DNA from: Phormidesmis sp.
GTDB taxonomy: Bacteria > Cyanobacteriota > Cyanobacteriia > Phormidesmidales > Phormidesmidaceae
NCBI GenBank assembly: GCA_049791095.1
Contig: JBAQZP010000023.1
Coordinates: 6,796 to 70,795, forward strand
Reading direction: 5' to 3'
Length of the DNA: 64,000 nt
In this document: positions 36,148-46,523 of the stretch, piece after piece
Layout of the letters: every line of letters begins with the position of its first letter
Position numbering within the stretch: position 1 is the first letter of the stretch
Notes under the pieces: model-generated
What the model was told of the DNA's origin: nothing
The model's database searches: none
Seen by the model: only the letters and a program-made list of their open reading frames with translations
Translations under genes and position numbers: made by a program

Positions 36148-39100
36148 ATGAGTAAATCTGGTGGGCAGTGGCAGTTTTGGATTGACCGGGGAGGGACTTT
36201 TACCGATGTGGTGGCCAAGCGGCCAGACGGTGAGATTGTTGTGCATAAGCTGCTGTCCGAGAATCCTGAGCGGTACTCGGATGCGCCGGTTCAGGGGATT
36301 CGCGATTGCTTGGGACTGAGCGCAGATGACCCAATTCCGGCTGAGCAGATTGCGGGTATCAAAATGGGCACGACGGTGGCAACGAATGCGCTGCTAGAGC
36401 ATCAGGGCGATCGCACCCTTCTCGTGATCACCCAGGGCTTTGGCGACGCCCTCAAAATTGGCTATCAGAACCGCCCTGATATCTTTGCGCGTAAGATTGT
36501 GCTGCCGCAAATGCTGTATGAATGCGTGGTGGAAGTTGAGGAGAGAATTAGCGCGCAAGGTGAGGTGTTGACGCCGCTGCAATCGGAGGTGGCTCGACGC
36601 CAGTTGCAGAAGATTTACGATCGAGGGATTCAGAGTTGTGCGATCGCCCTCATGCACGCCTATCGCTATCCTCAGCATGAACAAGCTCTAGGAGAACTCG
36701 CCCGACAGATTGGCTTCACGCAGATTTCGCTTTCTCATCAGGTGAGCCCATTGATGAAGCTGGTGAGCCGGGGCGATACAACGGTTGTAGATGCCTATTT
36801 GTCACCGATTCTACGGCGATATGTCGATCAGGTAACAAGTCAGATTTCGGGCACTGACCACGCGCCACCGCTGATGTTTATGCAATCGAATGGGGGCTTA
36901 AGTGACGCCCAGTTTTTTCAGGGAAAGGACAGCATTCTTTCTGGGCCAGCGGGCGGGATTGTCGGCGCGGTGAAGACGAGCGAGCTGGCTGGATTCAAAC
37001 AGATTATTAGCTTTGACATGGGGGGCACTTCTACAGATGTGGCTCACTATGCGGGTGAATATGAGCGCACTTTTGAAGCACAAGTGGCGGGGGTACGGCT
37101 GCGATCGCCCATGATGGCAATTAATACGGTGGCAGCGGGCGGCGGCTCGATTGTGCAGTATGACGGCAGTCGCTATCGGGTAGGGCCAGCGTCGGCGGGG
37201 GCCAATCCTGGCCCGGCTAGCTATGGGCGAGGGGGGCCGCTCACGGTGACAGATTGTAATGTGCAGGTAGGAAAACTTCAGCCCGATTTTTTTCCTCAGG
37301 TGTTTGGCCCAAATGGTGATGCATCTTTAGATCGGCAGGTTGTTGCTGAAAAGTTTGAACAGCTTACGGCTGAGATTGGTGATGGTCGTAGTGCTGCTGC
37401 CGTCGCCAACGGATTTTTGAGTATCGCGGTTGAGAAAATGTCCAGCGCGATTAAACAAATCTCGTTGCAAAAAGGCTATGACCTGTCTAAATATGTGCTC
37501 TGTTGCTTTGGTGGCGCGGGCGGACAGCATGCCTGTTTAATTGCGGCGGCGCTGGGCATGAAGCAAATCTTGATCCATCCCTACGCCGGGGTGCTTTCTG
37601 CCTATGGGATTGGGCTGGCTGAATTGCGAGTGTTGAGAGAAGGCGCGGTGGAAGAATCGCTGACGGCTGAGCTAGATCTGTTGCCCCGCCTTGAAGAGCT
37701 AATTGCGGATGCAAAAGGTGAACTGGCGCAGCAGTCGGTTCAGCCAATTGAAGTAGAAACTCGGCGGCGAGTGCATTTAAAGTACGATGGCACCGACTCG
37801 ACGCTGCTCGTAGACTTTGACCGGGCTGAGCGGATGCAACAGCAGTTTGAAGCACAGCATCGGCAGCGCTATGGCTTTGTTGCTGAGGGCAAAGCTTTGG
37901 TAGTTGAGGCGATTTCGATTGAGCTGGTGGCGCAGATGCAGCAGGCAGAGGAGCCGAAGTTAGCGCGGCAGTCAGCAAACAGCCCTCAGCCAGTTAGCCA
38001 GGTACAGATTTATACGGCGGATGACTGGCACGAAACGCCGGTTTATCAGCGGCAAGACTTGCAGCCGGGTGACCAGATTTCAGGGCCAGCGCTAATTGTG
38101 GAGGCGACGGGCACTAATGTGATTGAACCGGGCTGGGGGGTTGAGGTGAGCGATCGCAACTATCTCATCCTCACCCATCAAGCCTCAGAAAACACTTCCG
38201 CCAGTACTGACATCAGCACCAAAACCGCCGACCCGGTGATGCTAGAAATCTTCAACAATCTGTTCCGCTCAATTGCCCAACAAATGGGCACTACGCTGCA
38301 AAATACCAGCTATTCGGTGAACATTAAAGAACGGCTCGATTTCTCTTGTGCCATTTTTGACCAAAACGGGCAGTTAGTAGCAAACGCGCCGCATATTCCA
38401 GTACATTTAGGATCGATGAGTGAGAGCGTCAGGTCGCTGATCGATAGCCACGGCGAATCTCTCCAGCCAGGAGATGTTTACATATTGAACAATCCCTACC
38501 ACGGGGGCACACATTTGCCAGACATAACAGCGATTACGCCCATGTTTGAGGCAGGAAAAGACAACGTAATTTTTTACCTGGCCTCTCGCGGACACCATGC
38601 CGATATTGGCGGAATAACACCCGGTTCCATGCCGTCGGATAGCACCTCGGTAGAGCAAGAAGGCGTACTGTTCGACAATTTCAAACTGGTTGAAGCGGGA
38701 CAGTTTCGTGAAGCCGAGCTGCGGCAGGTGCTGACGGCAGGCCAGTATCCGGCGCGCAATCCGTCTCAGAATATTGCCGATTTGCAGGCGCAGATTGCGG
38801 CTAACGAAAAAGGGGTGCAGGAACTGCGGCGGATGCTGGAACAGTATGGATTGGATACCGTACAAGCCTATATGGGCTATGTGCAAGATAACGCTGAAGC
38901 GGCTGTGCGGCGGGCGATCGATCGACTGAGCGATGGCAGCTTTAGTTACGAGATGGACAGCGGCGATCGCATCCAAGTAACCATCCAAATTTATCCAGAC
39001 GACCGCAGCGCCACCATCGACTTTTCCGGCAGCTCACCCCAGCTAGGCAACAACTTTAACGCGCCAGCCGCCATCTGCAAAGCAGCAGTCCTCTATGTCT

Positions 39101-39756
39101 TTAGAACCCTCATAGACGACGACATTCCGCTGAATGCAGGCTGTCTCAAACCATTAAAAATCGTCATTCCGCAGGGCTGTTTACTCAATCCTGAATACCC
39201 AGCCGCTGTAGTGGCTGGCAATGTGGAAACCTCTCAGGCGATTGTCGATACGCTGTACGGCGCACTAGGCGTACTCGCTGCTTCTCAGGGCACTATGAAC
39301 AACTTCACCTTTGGCAATCAGCGCTATCAGTACTACGAAACCATTTGCGGCGGCTCTGGAGCTGGCCCCGACTTTGACGGCACAGACGCTGTGCAAACCC
39401 ACATGACCAACTCTCACCTCACCGATCCAGAAGTGCTCGAATGGCGATTTCCCGTGCTCCTAGAAAGCTTTTCTATCCGGCCAAACAGCGGCGGTGCAGG
39501 GCAGCACCGAGGGGGTCACGGCGTCATTCGGCGGCTGCAATTTAAAGAACCCATAACCGCAGCAATTCTCTCTAGCCATCGGCGCATTCCGCCGTTTGGG
39601 CAGGCGGGTGGCGAGGCAGGCAGCGTCGGTCACAATTGGATTCAGCGCCACAACGGGAGCCGAGAAGATCTGGACAGTACCGCTACCGTCGAGATGGAAG
39701 CAGGCGATACTTTTGTGATCGAAACCCCTGGTGGCGGTGGATTTGGCGCTTTATAG
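36148..39756 (+). CDS. 5-oxoprolinase / hydantoinase A-B fusion protein
   Basis: 1202 aa. N-terminal [15 protein letters not shown] (hydantoinase A). C-terminal hydantoinase B part with [14 protein letters not shown] and GGGGFG. Confidence 0.92.
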   Translation: MSKSGGQWQFWIDRGGTFTDVVAKRPDGEIVVHKLLSENPERYSDAPVQGIRDCLGLSADDPIPAEQIAGIKMGTTVATNALLEHQGDRTLLVITQGFGDALKIGYQNRPDIFARKIVLPQMLYECVVEVEERISAQGEVLTPLQSEVARRQLQKIYDRGIQSCAIALMHAYRYPQHEQALGELARQIGFTQISLSHQVSPLMKLVSRGDTTVVDAYLSPILRRYVDQVTSQISGTDHAPPLMFMQSNGGLSDAQFFQGKDSILSGPAGGIVGAVKTSELAGFKQIISFDMGGTSTDVAHYAGEYERTFEAQVAGVRLRSPMMAINTVAAGGGSIVQYDGSRYRVGPASAGANPGPASYGRGGPLTVTDCNVQVGKLQPDFFPQVFGPNGDASLDRQVVAEKFEQLTAEIGDGRSAAAVANGFLSIAVEKMSSAIKQISLQKGYDLSKYVLCCFGGAGGQHACLIAAALGMKQILIHPYAGVLSAYGIGLAELRVLREGAVEESLTAELDLLPRLEELIADAKGELAQQSVQPIEVETRRRVHLKYDGTDSTLLVDFDRAERMQQQFEAQHRQRYGFVAEGKALVVEAISIELVAQMQQAEEPKLARQSANSPQPVSQVQIYTADDWHETPVYQRQDLQPGDQISGPALIVEATGTNVIEPGWGVEVSDRNYLILTHQASENTSASTDISTKTADPVMLEIFNNLFRSIAQQMGTTLQNTSYSVNIKERLDFSCAIFDQNGQLVANAPHIPVHLGSMSESVRSLIDSHGESLQPGDVYILNNPYHGGTHLPDITAITPMFEAGKDNVIFYLASRGHHADIGGITPGSMPSDSTSVEQEGVLFDNFKLVEAGQFREAELRQVLTAGQYPARNPSQNIADLQAQIAANEKGVQELRRMLEQYGLDTVQAYMGYVQDNAEAAVRRAIDRLSDGSFSYEMDSGDRIQVTIQIYPDDRSATIDFSGSSPQLGNNFNAPAAICKAAVLYVFRTLIDDDIPLNAGCLKPLKIVIPQGCLLNPEYPAAVVAGNVETSQAIVDTLYGALGVLAASQGTMNNFTFGNQRYQYYETICGGSGAGPDFDGTDAVQTHMTNSHLTDPEVLEWRFPVLLESFSIRPNSGGAGQHRGGHGVIRRLQFKEPITAAILSSHRRIPPFGQAGGEAGSVGHNWIQRHNGSREDLDSTATVEMEAGDTFVIETPGGGGFGAL

Positions 39757-41112
39757 TTCACCCAGATATTTGGTGCAAACCTGTCGGAAGTCGTCACCAC
39801 GGACTTCAAAGTTGGCATATTGATCGAAGCTAGCGCAGGCAGGAGAGAGCAGGACAGTTTTAACGGATTGCTCTTTGGTGATGTCGGCGCTGCGGGCGAC
39901 GGCGCGATCAATGGTTTCGACAATCTCGTAGTTTGCATAGCCAGATGCTTCGAGGCGATGGGCAAAGGATTCGGCGGCATCGCCCACTAAAAGAACAGCG
40001 GCGGCTTTGTTTTTTATCTGAACAATCCAGGCGGTGTCGTCGCCGTCTTTGGGGGCACCCCCGGCGATCAAAACGGCAGGGCTATCGACTGAAAGCAGAC
40101 CTACTTCGGCGGCGTCGTAGTTGGTGGCTTTGCTGTCGTTGATGAAGTCTACACCGCGCCAGGTGCAAACATGTTCGAGCCGGTGGGAGACGCCAGGGAA
40201 GGTAGAGACGCCTTGGGCGATCGCACCCGTTGCAATCCCCGCTATCTTCGCCGCCGCCACCGCCATCAGCAGATTCTGTTGATTGTGCTCGCCGACCATG
40301 CGTAAGGCTTTAGTTTCAACAATTTGTTCGCCTTTATACACGACCCAGCCGTCTTCAATATAGGTGCTAGGGGTCAGGGGCGTAATTGCGCCTTTTCCTT
40401 TAATACTCGTCCAATGACTGTTAGCAGCTCTCTCTCCTGCTTTGCTGCGCAATACTGGATCGTCGCCATTAATCACCGCTACTTCCGATCTTTTTATCAA
40501 AGAGGCTTTGATGTTGTAGTAGTTTTCGACCGTATTATGACGGCTAAGATGATCGGGCGTGAAGGTTGTCCAGACGCCAACGGTAGGGGCCAGCGAGGCA
40601 GCGGCTTCGATTTGATAGCTGCTGAGTTCGGCAATTACCCAGTCCGGCGGCGCTGAAAGGGCAAGTTCGCAGGCGGCGTAGCCAATGTTGCCACAGGCAG
40701 GGGCATTGAGTCCGGCGGCTTTGAAGATGGCGGCGACCAGGGCCGTCGTGGTGGTTTTGCCGTTGGTGCCGGTAATGCCTAGCCAGGGACGGCCAGAGAG
40801 AGCACGCCAGGCAAGTTCCATTTCACCAATGGTTTCAATGCCCTGCTCGCGGGCAGAGACTAGCTCGGGCGCGTCCCAGGGTACGCCGGGGCTGACGACT
40901 AGCAAGTCTAGCGGATCTTCGGCGGCGGTAGGTGGCGCAAAGGCATAGTTGAGTTTGACGGTAATGCCTTCTTCTTTGAGCGCTTTGGCATCATCGCGAT
41001 GGCGTTTGGCGGGGCCTCGGTCGCTAAGGGTGACGGCGTATCCCTGTCGGGCGAGGACTCGGGCGGCGGCAATTCCAGATCGGCCAAGGCCGATGACGTG
41101 AGCTGTTTTCAT
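39751..41112 (-). CDS. murD: UDP-N-acetylmuramoyl-L-alanine--D-glutamate ligase
   Basis: [16 protein letters not shown] and [14 protein letters not shown] motifs, Mur ligase middle and C-terminal domains, 453 aa. Its 3' end overlaps the oxoprolinase 3' end by 6 nt. Confidence 0.92.
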   Translation of the reverse strand: MKTAHVIGLGRSGIAAARVLARQGYAVTLSDRGPAKRHRDDAKALKEEGITVKLNYAFAPPTAAEDPLDLLVVSPGVPWDAPELVSAREQGIETIGEMELAWRALSGRPWLGITGTNGKTTTTALVAAIFKAAGLNAPACGNIGYAACELALSAPPDWVIAELSSYQIEAAASLAPTVGVWTTFTPDHLSRHNTVENYYNIKASLIKRSEVAVINGDDPVLRSKAGERAANSHWTSIKGKGAITPLTPSTYIEDGWVVYKGEQIVETKALRMVGEHNQQNLLMAVAAAKIAGIATGAIAQGVSTFPGVSHRLEHVCTWRGVDFINDSKATNYDAAEVGLLSVDSPAVLIAGGAPKDGDDTAWIVQIKNKAAAVLLVGDAAESFAHRLEASGYANYEIVETIDRAVARSADITKEQSVKTVLLSPACASFDQYANFEVRGDDFRQVCTKYLGEL

Positions 41113-41208
41113 GAGGCGTAGGCTAGGCCGTGTGTGAGGGCCAAAGGCATAATAGATAGTAAGCCGCGATTGTACAACACGCCCTTCCGTTTTTCACCCG
41201 CTGGCACA

Positions 41209-43356
41209 CTAGCTTTTTACGATTTCACCAAAGTCTGCCAAAACGCGAGCATGGTTACGCAACAGACTCAGCAGGTTAAGGCGGTTTTCGCGTACGGCTG
41301 CGTCTTCTGCCATGACTAAAACGCTGTTGGGGCCGTCGAAGAAGTCAGCGACGGTCGGGGCAGCTTGCTCTAGTCCGGTGAGCAGCTTGGCGTAATCGCG
41401 CTCGGTCTGGGCGGCTTGAGTTTGCGGGACGAGCTTTTGCAGGCTGTCGTAAAAAGCTTTTTCTGAAGATTGCTCAAAAAGAGCGGGATTGACCAGACCA
41501 TCAGGGTCAAGCGGTTCGGTGTCCAGATTGCCTTTAGTGGCAAGTTTGGAGGCGCGGTTGACGGTTTCGTAGACCTTGGCCAGGCGTCCATCGTTGCGGA
41601 TGGTTTGCAAGAAGGTGGCGCGATCGCGTACATCCAACACATCCATTAGCGCCCGCGCCTGATAGTCGGCGTCTTCACCAAACACGGCATTCACAAGGTC
41701 ATAGTCAATAGTTTGGCTGTCTTGCAGGAGCGATCGCACCCGTTGAGAAAGAAAGTCTGTCAACTGCGCGGTTAGCTGATCCACATCAACGCCGCTACGG
41801 TTTGCGGCAAAGGCTTGCACAACTTGAGTCACCACTGCCTGTAAATTGAGCGCTAGCCCAGCGTCCCAAATGATGCTGACAATGGCATTCGCAGCGCGGC
41901 GCAGGGCAAAGGGATCAGAGGAGCCTTTGGGCAGTTTGCCAATGCTAAAAATGCTCACCAACGTATCTAGCCTGTCGGCAATGCCAACCACCTGACCCAC
42001 TGTAGATTGAGGCAAGCGATCGCCTGCGCCCTTCGGTAAATAATGCTCGTAAATAGCGTCGGCGACCGCTGGATCTTCATCGCTGCTGAGGGCGTACTTT
42101 TGACCAATATAGCCCTGCAATTCTGGAAATTCGCCCACCATTTGCGTGACCAAATCAGCCTTGCAAAGCTTGGCGGCGCGGACAGCTTGCTGTTTTTGAG
42201 CGGCTGTTAAATTGAGGCGATCGCTGAGGAGTTCCGTGATTTGAATAACGCGATTAACTTTATCGAGCACAGAGCCCAACCGCGCTTCAAAAGTGACGGT
42301 TTCTAACTGCGAAACATAGTCTTCTAGCGGCTGCTTACGGTCTGCATCATAAAAGAATTTGCCGTCGGCGAGGCGGGCGCGGATCACCCGCTCGTTGCCT
42401 CTAACAATCACGTCAGATTTAGCTGGGTCGCCATTAGAGACCGTAATGAAGTAGGGCAGCAGATCGTCAGAGTTTTCGGCTGGGCGAACGGGGAAATAGC
42501 GCTGATGGCTCTCCATTTCAGTAATCGTGACCTGGGCAGGCAGGTCTAAAAACTCATTGTCAAACTTGCCGATGACGGTAGTGGGCCATTCGACCAAATC
42601 AACCACTTCGGCGAGCAGATTGTCATCGACAACCGCATGACCTTTAACAGACTTGGCTACGGTTGCAACCTGCTTGAGGATAGTTTCTTTGCGCACCGCC
42701 GGATCGACCGATACGTAAGCTTTGTGAAGTGCTTTGACGTAGTCTTGAGCGTGGTCAAGCTGAATGGGTTCGGGGTGCAAGACGCGGTGACCGTAGGTGG
42801 TGCGATCGCTCACACAGACCTCAGAGCCGTTCTCAATTGTCACCGGCAGCAGCTCGTCATCTAGCAAAGTCACCAGCCAGCGAATAGGCCGAGGAAACTT
42901 GAGTTCGCCATCGCCCCAGCGCATAAAGCGATCGCCTTCTAGCTCTAAAATCCAGTCAGTCACCCGCTCGCGCAAAATCTCGGCAGTGGGACGGCCCAAA
43001 ATCTTTTGCTGCACAAAAACAAACTCACCTTTGTCCGTATCGCGAACTTCCAAATCCTCCACACTGACGCCTCTAGAAGCCGCAAAGCCAGTGGCGGCTT
43101 TGGTCGGTTTGCCCTCCCTAAAAGCGGCTTTTGCCGGGGGGCCTTTGGCTTCTTCTTCGCGATCAAGCTGACGATCGCGCAGGCCCTTGATCAAGACGGC
43201 AAGGCGGCGAGGGGTGCCATAAAGTTCAAGGCCGTCATACTTTAAAAACTGCGCTTCTAGCTCGCCGGGCAGCTTCGTTTTCCATTGGGCCAGGGCCTCA
43301 CTGACAAAGCTGGCTGGGAGTTCTTCACTGCCTACTTCGAGTAAGAAAGTTGTCAT
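41209..43356 (-). CDS. glyS: glycine--tRNA ligase beta subunit
   Basis: Start moved to ATG 43356 (MTTFLLEVGSEELPASFV, the canonical GlyS N-terminus). About 715 aa. Confidence 0.92.
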   Translation of the reverse strand: MTTFLLEVGSEELPASFVSEALAQWKTKLPGELEAQFLKYDGLELYGTPRRLAVLIKGLRDRQLDREEEAKGPPAKAAFREGKPTKAATGFAASRGVSVEDLEVRDTDKGEFVFVQQKILGRPTAEILRERVTDWILELEGDRFMRWGDGELKFPRPIRWLVTLLDDELLPVTIENGSEVCVSDRTTYGHRVLHPEPIQLDHAQDYVKALHKAYVSVDPAVRKETILKQVATVAKSVKGHAVVDDNLLAEVVDLVEWPTTVIGKFDNEFLDLPAQVTITEMESHQRYFPVRPAENSDDLLPYFITVSNGDPAKSDVIVRGNERVIRARLADGKFFYDADRKQPLEDYVSQLETVTFEARLGSVLDKVNRVIQITELLSDRLNLTAAQKQQAVRAAKLCKADLVTQMVGEFPELQGYIGQKYALSSDEDPAVADAIYEHYLPKGAGDRLPQSTVGQVVGIADRLDTLVSIFSIGKLPKGSSDPFALRRAANAIVSIIWDAGLALNLQAVVTQVVQAFAANRSGVDVDQLTAQLTDFLSQRVRSLLQDSQTIDYDLVNAVFGEDADYQARALMDVLDVRDRATFLQTIRNDGRLAKVYETVNRASKLATKGNLDTEPLDPDGLVNPALFEQSSEKAFYDSLQKLVPQTQAAQTERDYAKLLTGLEQAAPTVADFFDGPNSVLVMAEDAAVRENRLNLLSLLRNHARVLADFGEIVKS

Positions 43357-43473
43357 AGCGCTGCCAGAGACGAGGAAAAACCTCTTCATTATTACAGAAA
43401 GCTGTCCGGGCGAAACATTCCCTAATCACCTAAAATCGTCATACGCTCACCTACATAACTTTAATTTGCCATC

Positions 43474-43854
43474 ATGTCTGTCTACGTCGTTTTGTTTAAT
43501 GCTCGCACCGAGAATGAAGGAATTCACTCATTGCAGGTGGATGGCCGTCATTTAGTGCTGATGTTTGAGGTGGAGGACGATGCGGTGCGCTTTGGTGGCT
43601 TGCTAGAAGCTCAAGATTTCCCGCCCGCGTCAGTAGAGGCATTTGAGGCGGAGGAAATTGAGGAGTTTTGCAAGGGGGCGGGTTATGAGGCGGTGAGTGT
43701 GGCCGATGGCACGCTGTTGATGCCGCCCGAGAAGATGGTGGAGAGCACAACCTGGGATCCAGAGGGCGAGGTCGAGGAACCCCGTGGAAGTATTCAGGAC
43801 GCTTCTTCGGCTGAGATGGATCGAATTAGATCGCAATTGGAGAAGCTGCTGTAA
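43474..43854 (+). CDS. DUF3110 domain-containing protein
   Basis: VYVVLFNARTENEGIHSLQVDGRHLVLMFEVEDDAVRFGGLLEAQDFP matches the cyanobacterial/plastid DUF3110 pattern. Its stop overlaps the murQ start (TAATG at 43852-43856). Confidence 0.7.
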   Translation: MSVYVVLFNARTENEGIHSLQVDGRHLVLMFEVEDDAVRFGGLLEAQDFPPASVEAFEAEEIEEFCKGAGYEAVSVADGTLLMPPEKMVESTTWDPEGEVEEPRGSIQDASSAEMDRIRSQLEKLL

Positions 43855-44777
43855 TGAGTGATATGAAAGACCGGGGCCATTTGCTAACCGAGCAAAACAA
43901 TCCCAATAGTCAGAATTTGGATGAGCTGTCTACGTTGGAGATGGTGGATGTTTTCAATCAAGAAGATCAGCGGACGGTAGATGCGATCGCCCATGCCAGA
44001 ACATCCTTAGCGCAGGCCATTAACCTTACAGCGGCTTCTTTGCGAGAAGGCGGACGGCTGTTTTATGTGGGGGCAGGCACCAGTGGCCGCCTGGGCGTGT
44101 TGGATGCGGCAGAATGTCCGCCTACTTTTTGTACGCCACCAGAGATGGTGCAGGGCATTTTGGCGGGCGGGGCAGCGGCCTTGTTGCGTAGCTCGGAAGC
44201 GCTAGAGGATGATGCCGAATCGGGCGCTGAGACAATTCTTGACCACAAAGTCACCACGCGCGATGTGGTCGTCGGCATTACGGCGGGGGGCACGACGCCC
44301 TATGTGCATGGAGCGTTAAAGGCGGCGCGGCAGTGTGGGGCGGGGACAATTTTTATCGCCTGTGTGCCTGCCGAGCAAGTGCCAGCAGATGCAGATGTAG
44401 ATATTCGCCTGATTGTGGGGCCAGAAGTACTGGCCGGTTCGACGCGGCTAAAGGCTGGCACGGTAACAAAGCTGGCGTTGAATATTCTTTCGACCGGAGT
44501 GATGGTAAAGCTGGGAAAGGTATATGGGAACCGGATGGTGGATGTAGCCGTGACGAATCGTAAGTTACGCGATCGCGCCATCCGCATCCTCTGCGACCTG
44601 ACCCCGTTAGATCGTCACGCCGCCGCCGAGCTGCTAGACAAAAGCGATCTTCAGGTAAAAGTCGCGTTGGTGATGCATCTAGCAGGCTGTGACAAAGCAG
44701 CAGCGATCGCCGTCTTAGAGGAACAAGATGGAAACTTGCGGGCAGCGCTAGCCAGGGCTGGTAAATCAAAAGCATAA
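43854..44777 (+). CDS. murQ: N-acetylmuramic acid 6-phosphate etherase
   Basis: LTEQNNPNSQNLD, the SIS domain motif GRLFYVGAGTSGRLGVLDAAECPPTF, GITAGGTTPYV and GSTRLKAGT. Confidence 0.9.
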   Translation: MSDMKDRGHLLTEQNNPNSQNLDELSTLEMVDVFNQEDQRTVDAIAHARTSLAQAINLTAASLREGGRLFYVGAGTSGRLGVLDAAECPPTFCTPPEMVQGILAGGAAALLRSSEALEDDAESGAETILDHKVTTRDVVVGITAGGTTPYVHGALKAARQCGAGTIFIACVPAEQVPADADVDIRLIVGPEVLAGSTRLKAGTVTKLALNILSTGVMVKLGKVYGNRMVDVAVTNRKLRDRAIRILCDLTPLDRHAAAELLDKSDLQVKVALVMHLAGCDKAAAIAVLEEQDGNLRAALARAGKSKA

Positions 44778-44803
44778 TGCGCAGCGTTGGTAGCAAGACT
44801 CCG

Positions 44804-45502
44804 CTAAAGCATCACTAGGCCAGATCGGATACCGACGGCGACGGCTTCTGTGCGGCTAGTGACGTTTAGCTTTGAAAGGATGGCGCTGATATGGAACTTG
44901 ACAGTGTGTTCTGAGATGTTAAGGGCCTGAGCGATCGCCTTATTCGTCAACCCACTAGCCATCTGATTCAACACCTCCGACTCTCTAGCCGTCAGCGGTT
45001 CCAAAAGGACACTCGCAAAAGAGCCTGTTTGCACCAAAGCCTGAGGCGCAGAAGAGAACAGGGCTTCGGTGATGTCGGGATGGATGACAATCAGGCCGTT
45101 TATGATGGCTGCGATCGCATCTCTAACTTGATGAGTCGCCACCGTCATCGGCAAAATACTGACCAGGCCAGTGTCCAGCATCTGAGCACCGAGGCGATGA
45201 GATTTTTCCCCATAGTTGAGCACCTCAGCGCTGGACAGCATCAGCAAAATAGGTAAACTCTCTTCGGGCGGCAAGCTTTCAACAATCTCAATCAGCTCAT
45301 TTAAGATATCTTCATGACTTCCCTTGCCTAGATCGGAAAGCTCCATCACGATCAAATCCGCACTTTGAATTTGCAGCCAGGCATTGAGTGCAAATAAACT
45401 GTCAACTTTTGCCACCACGGTAGTCGCCGCCGTCGCTGCCATGGCCGCGAGCCCAGCGCGGGTGACAGCATTCTCTGCGCAGACAATAATTTCTGCCATC
45501 AC
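44804..45502 (-). CDS. LuxR/NarL-type regulator with atypical (pseudo-)receiver domain
   Basis: C-terminal HTH: LTARESEVLNQMASGLTNKAIAQALNISEHTVKFHISAILSKLNV. The N-terminal receiver-like fold has AE in place of the acidic DD pair (IIVCAEN) and Glu at the phospho-acceptor position (DLIVMEL, codon 45341-45343). Start is GTG 45502 or ATG 45499, immediately after the upstream stop. Confidence 0.8.
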   Translation of the reverse strand: MMAEIIVCAENAVTRAGLAAMAATAATTVVAKVDSLFALNAWLQIQSADLIVMELSDLGKGSHEDILNELIEIVESLPPEESLPILLMLSSAEVLNYGEKSHRLGAQMLDTGLVSILPMTVATHQVRDAIAAIINGLIVIHPDITEALFSSAPQALVQTGSFASVLLEPLTARESEVLNQMASGLTNKAIAQALNISEHTVKFHISAILSKLNVTSRTEAVAVGIRSGLVML

Positions 45503-46411
45503 TTAGCGGCTGCCTACCGTCACCTGGGTCGTTTGCATTTGCCCTGCTCGCAGCAGTTGAATGCCTAGCGTCTGCCCTACGCTTTGCGGCCCTAACAGCG
45601 CCTGAATTTGTTGTAAAGATTCCAACGGCGTGCCATCAACAGTAACCATCACATCGCCTAGCAGCATTCCAGCTTTTTCCGCTGCGCTTTGTGGATCTAC
45701 ACTGACAACCATAATGCCCGCCTGGTTAGTCAGGTCATGCTGCTGCCTAATCGCCTCTGGCAAAGGCACAGCCTGCATACCCAAGCCCAAATAGCCGCGT
45801 GAAAGGTTGCCCCGCTGCTGCAATTGTTCAATCACTGGGTTAATAGTAGCCGCTGGGATGGTTAATATGCGGCGGCGAGGGCCAAATGTGTTGAAACCGA
45901 CTACTTTACCGCTAGCGTCAATTAGAGGACAACCAGCACTGCCTCGCCTCAAGCTCAGATTAACTTCTATGTATTGATCTATCTGTCCCCCGCTTTGAGA
46001 GCGCCAAGCATCCCCAATTTGGCTCACCAATCCTAAGCTGGTAAACAGGCCAGCCGAGCGGCCCCGTCCCATCGAACGGCCCACGGTAAAAACTAACTGA
46101 CCGAGCGCTAACGCCTGTGCGTCGCCTAGTGGGGCAACCGGTAAGTCGAGTCCTTCTGGTAAGGAAAAAATGGCGATATCTGTTGTGGGATCGGCCCCTA
46201 GCAATTCTGTTTCAACAGTTTTACCGCTGGGTAAACCTATCTTGAAGGCGTCTCCCGAGCGCAGGGCTTCACAAGAAGTAACAATCAGGCCCGACTGCCA
46301 GTGAATCCCAGTCGCAGCAGAGCGCCGCCCGTAGATAGCAACAACCGACTGGCTGACTTGAGTGACAATTTCTGAGAGTGCGCTAGAAAAAGATTCGAGG
46401 GATGTCGTCAT
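45503..46411 (-). CDS. HtrA/S1C-like trypsin-fold + PDZ protein, probably catalytically inactive, no signal peptide
   Basis: Trypsin_2-like core and a C-terminal PDZ (GIMVVSVDPQSAAEKAGMLLGDVMVTVDG). VTSCEAL (46262-46279) replaces TNxHV, and RGSAGCPL (45923-45943) replaces GNSGGPL. The Asp context DIAIF is retained. The N-terminus is hydrophilic. Confidence 0.75.
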   Translation of the reverse strand: MTTSLESFSSALSEIVTQVSQSVVAIYGRRSAATGIHWQSGLIVTSCEALRSGDAFKIGLPSGKTVETELLGADPTTDIAIFSLPEGLDLPVAPLGDAQALALGQLVFTVGRSMGRGRSAGLFTSLGLVSQIGDAWRSQSGGQIDQYIEVNLSLRRGSAGCPLIDASGKVVGFNTFGPRRRILTIPAATINPVIEQLQQRGNLSRGYLGLGMQAVPLPEAIRQQHDLTNQAGIMVVSVDPQSAAEKAGMLLGDVMVTVDGTPLESLQQIQALLGPQSVGQTLGIQLLRAGQMQTTQVTVGSR

Positions 46412-46523
46412 AAGTAAGCATAGTTAAGAGCTTCCTGATTGTGGAGTGACTAGCTGTGTGATGACATCACCGAAGTGGTTAGGAGCTGTCCTAACCACAT
46501 GGCTAGGAAGGTTTCTGGCCAGA

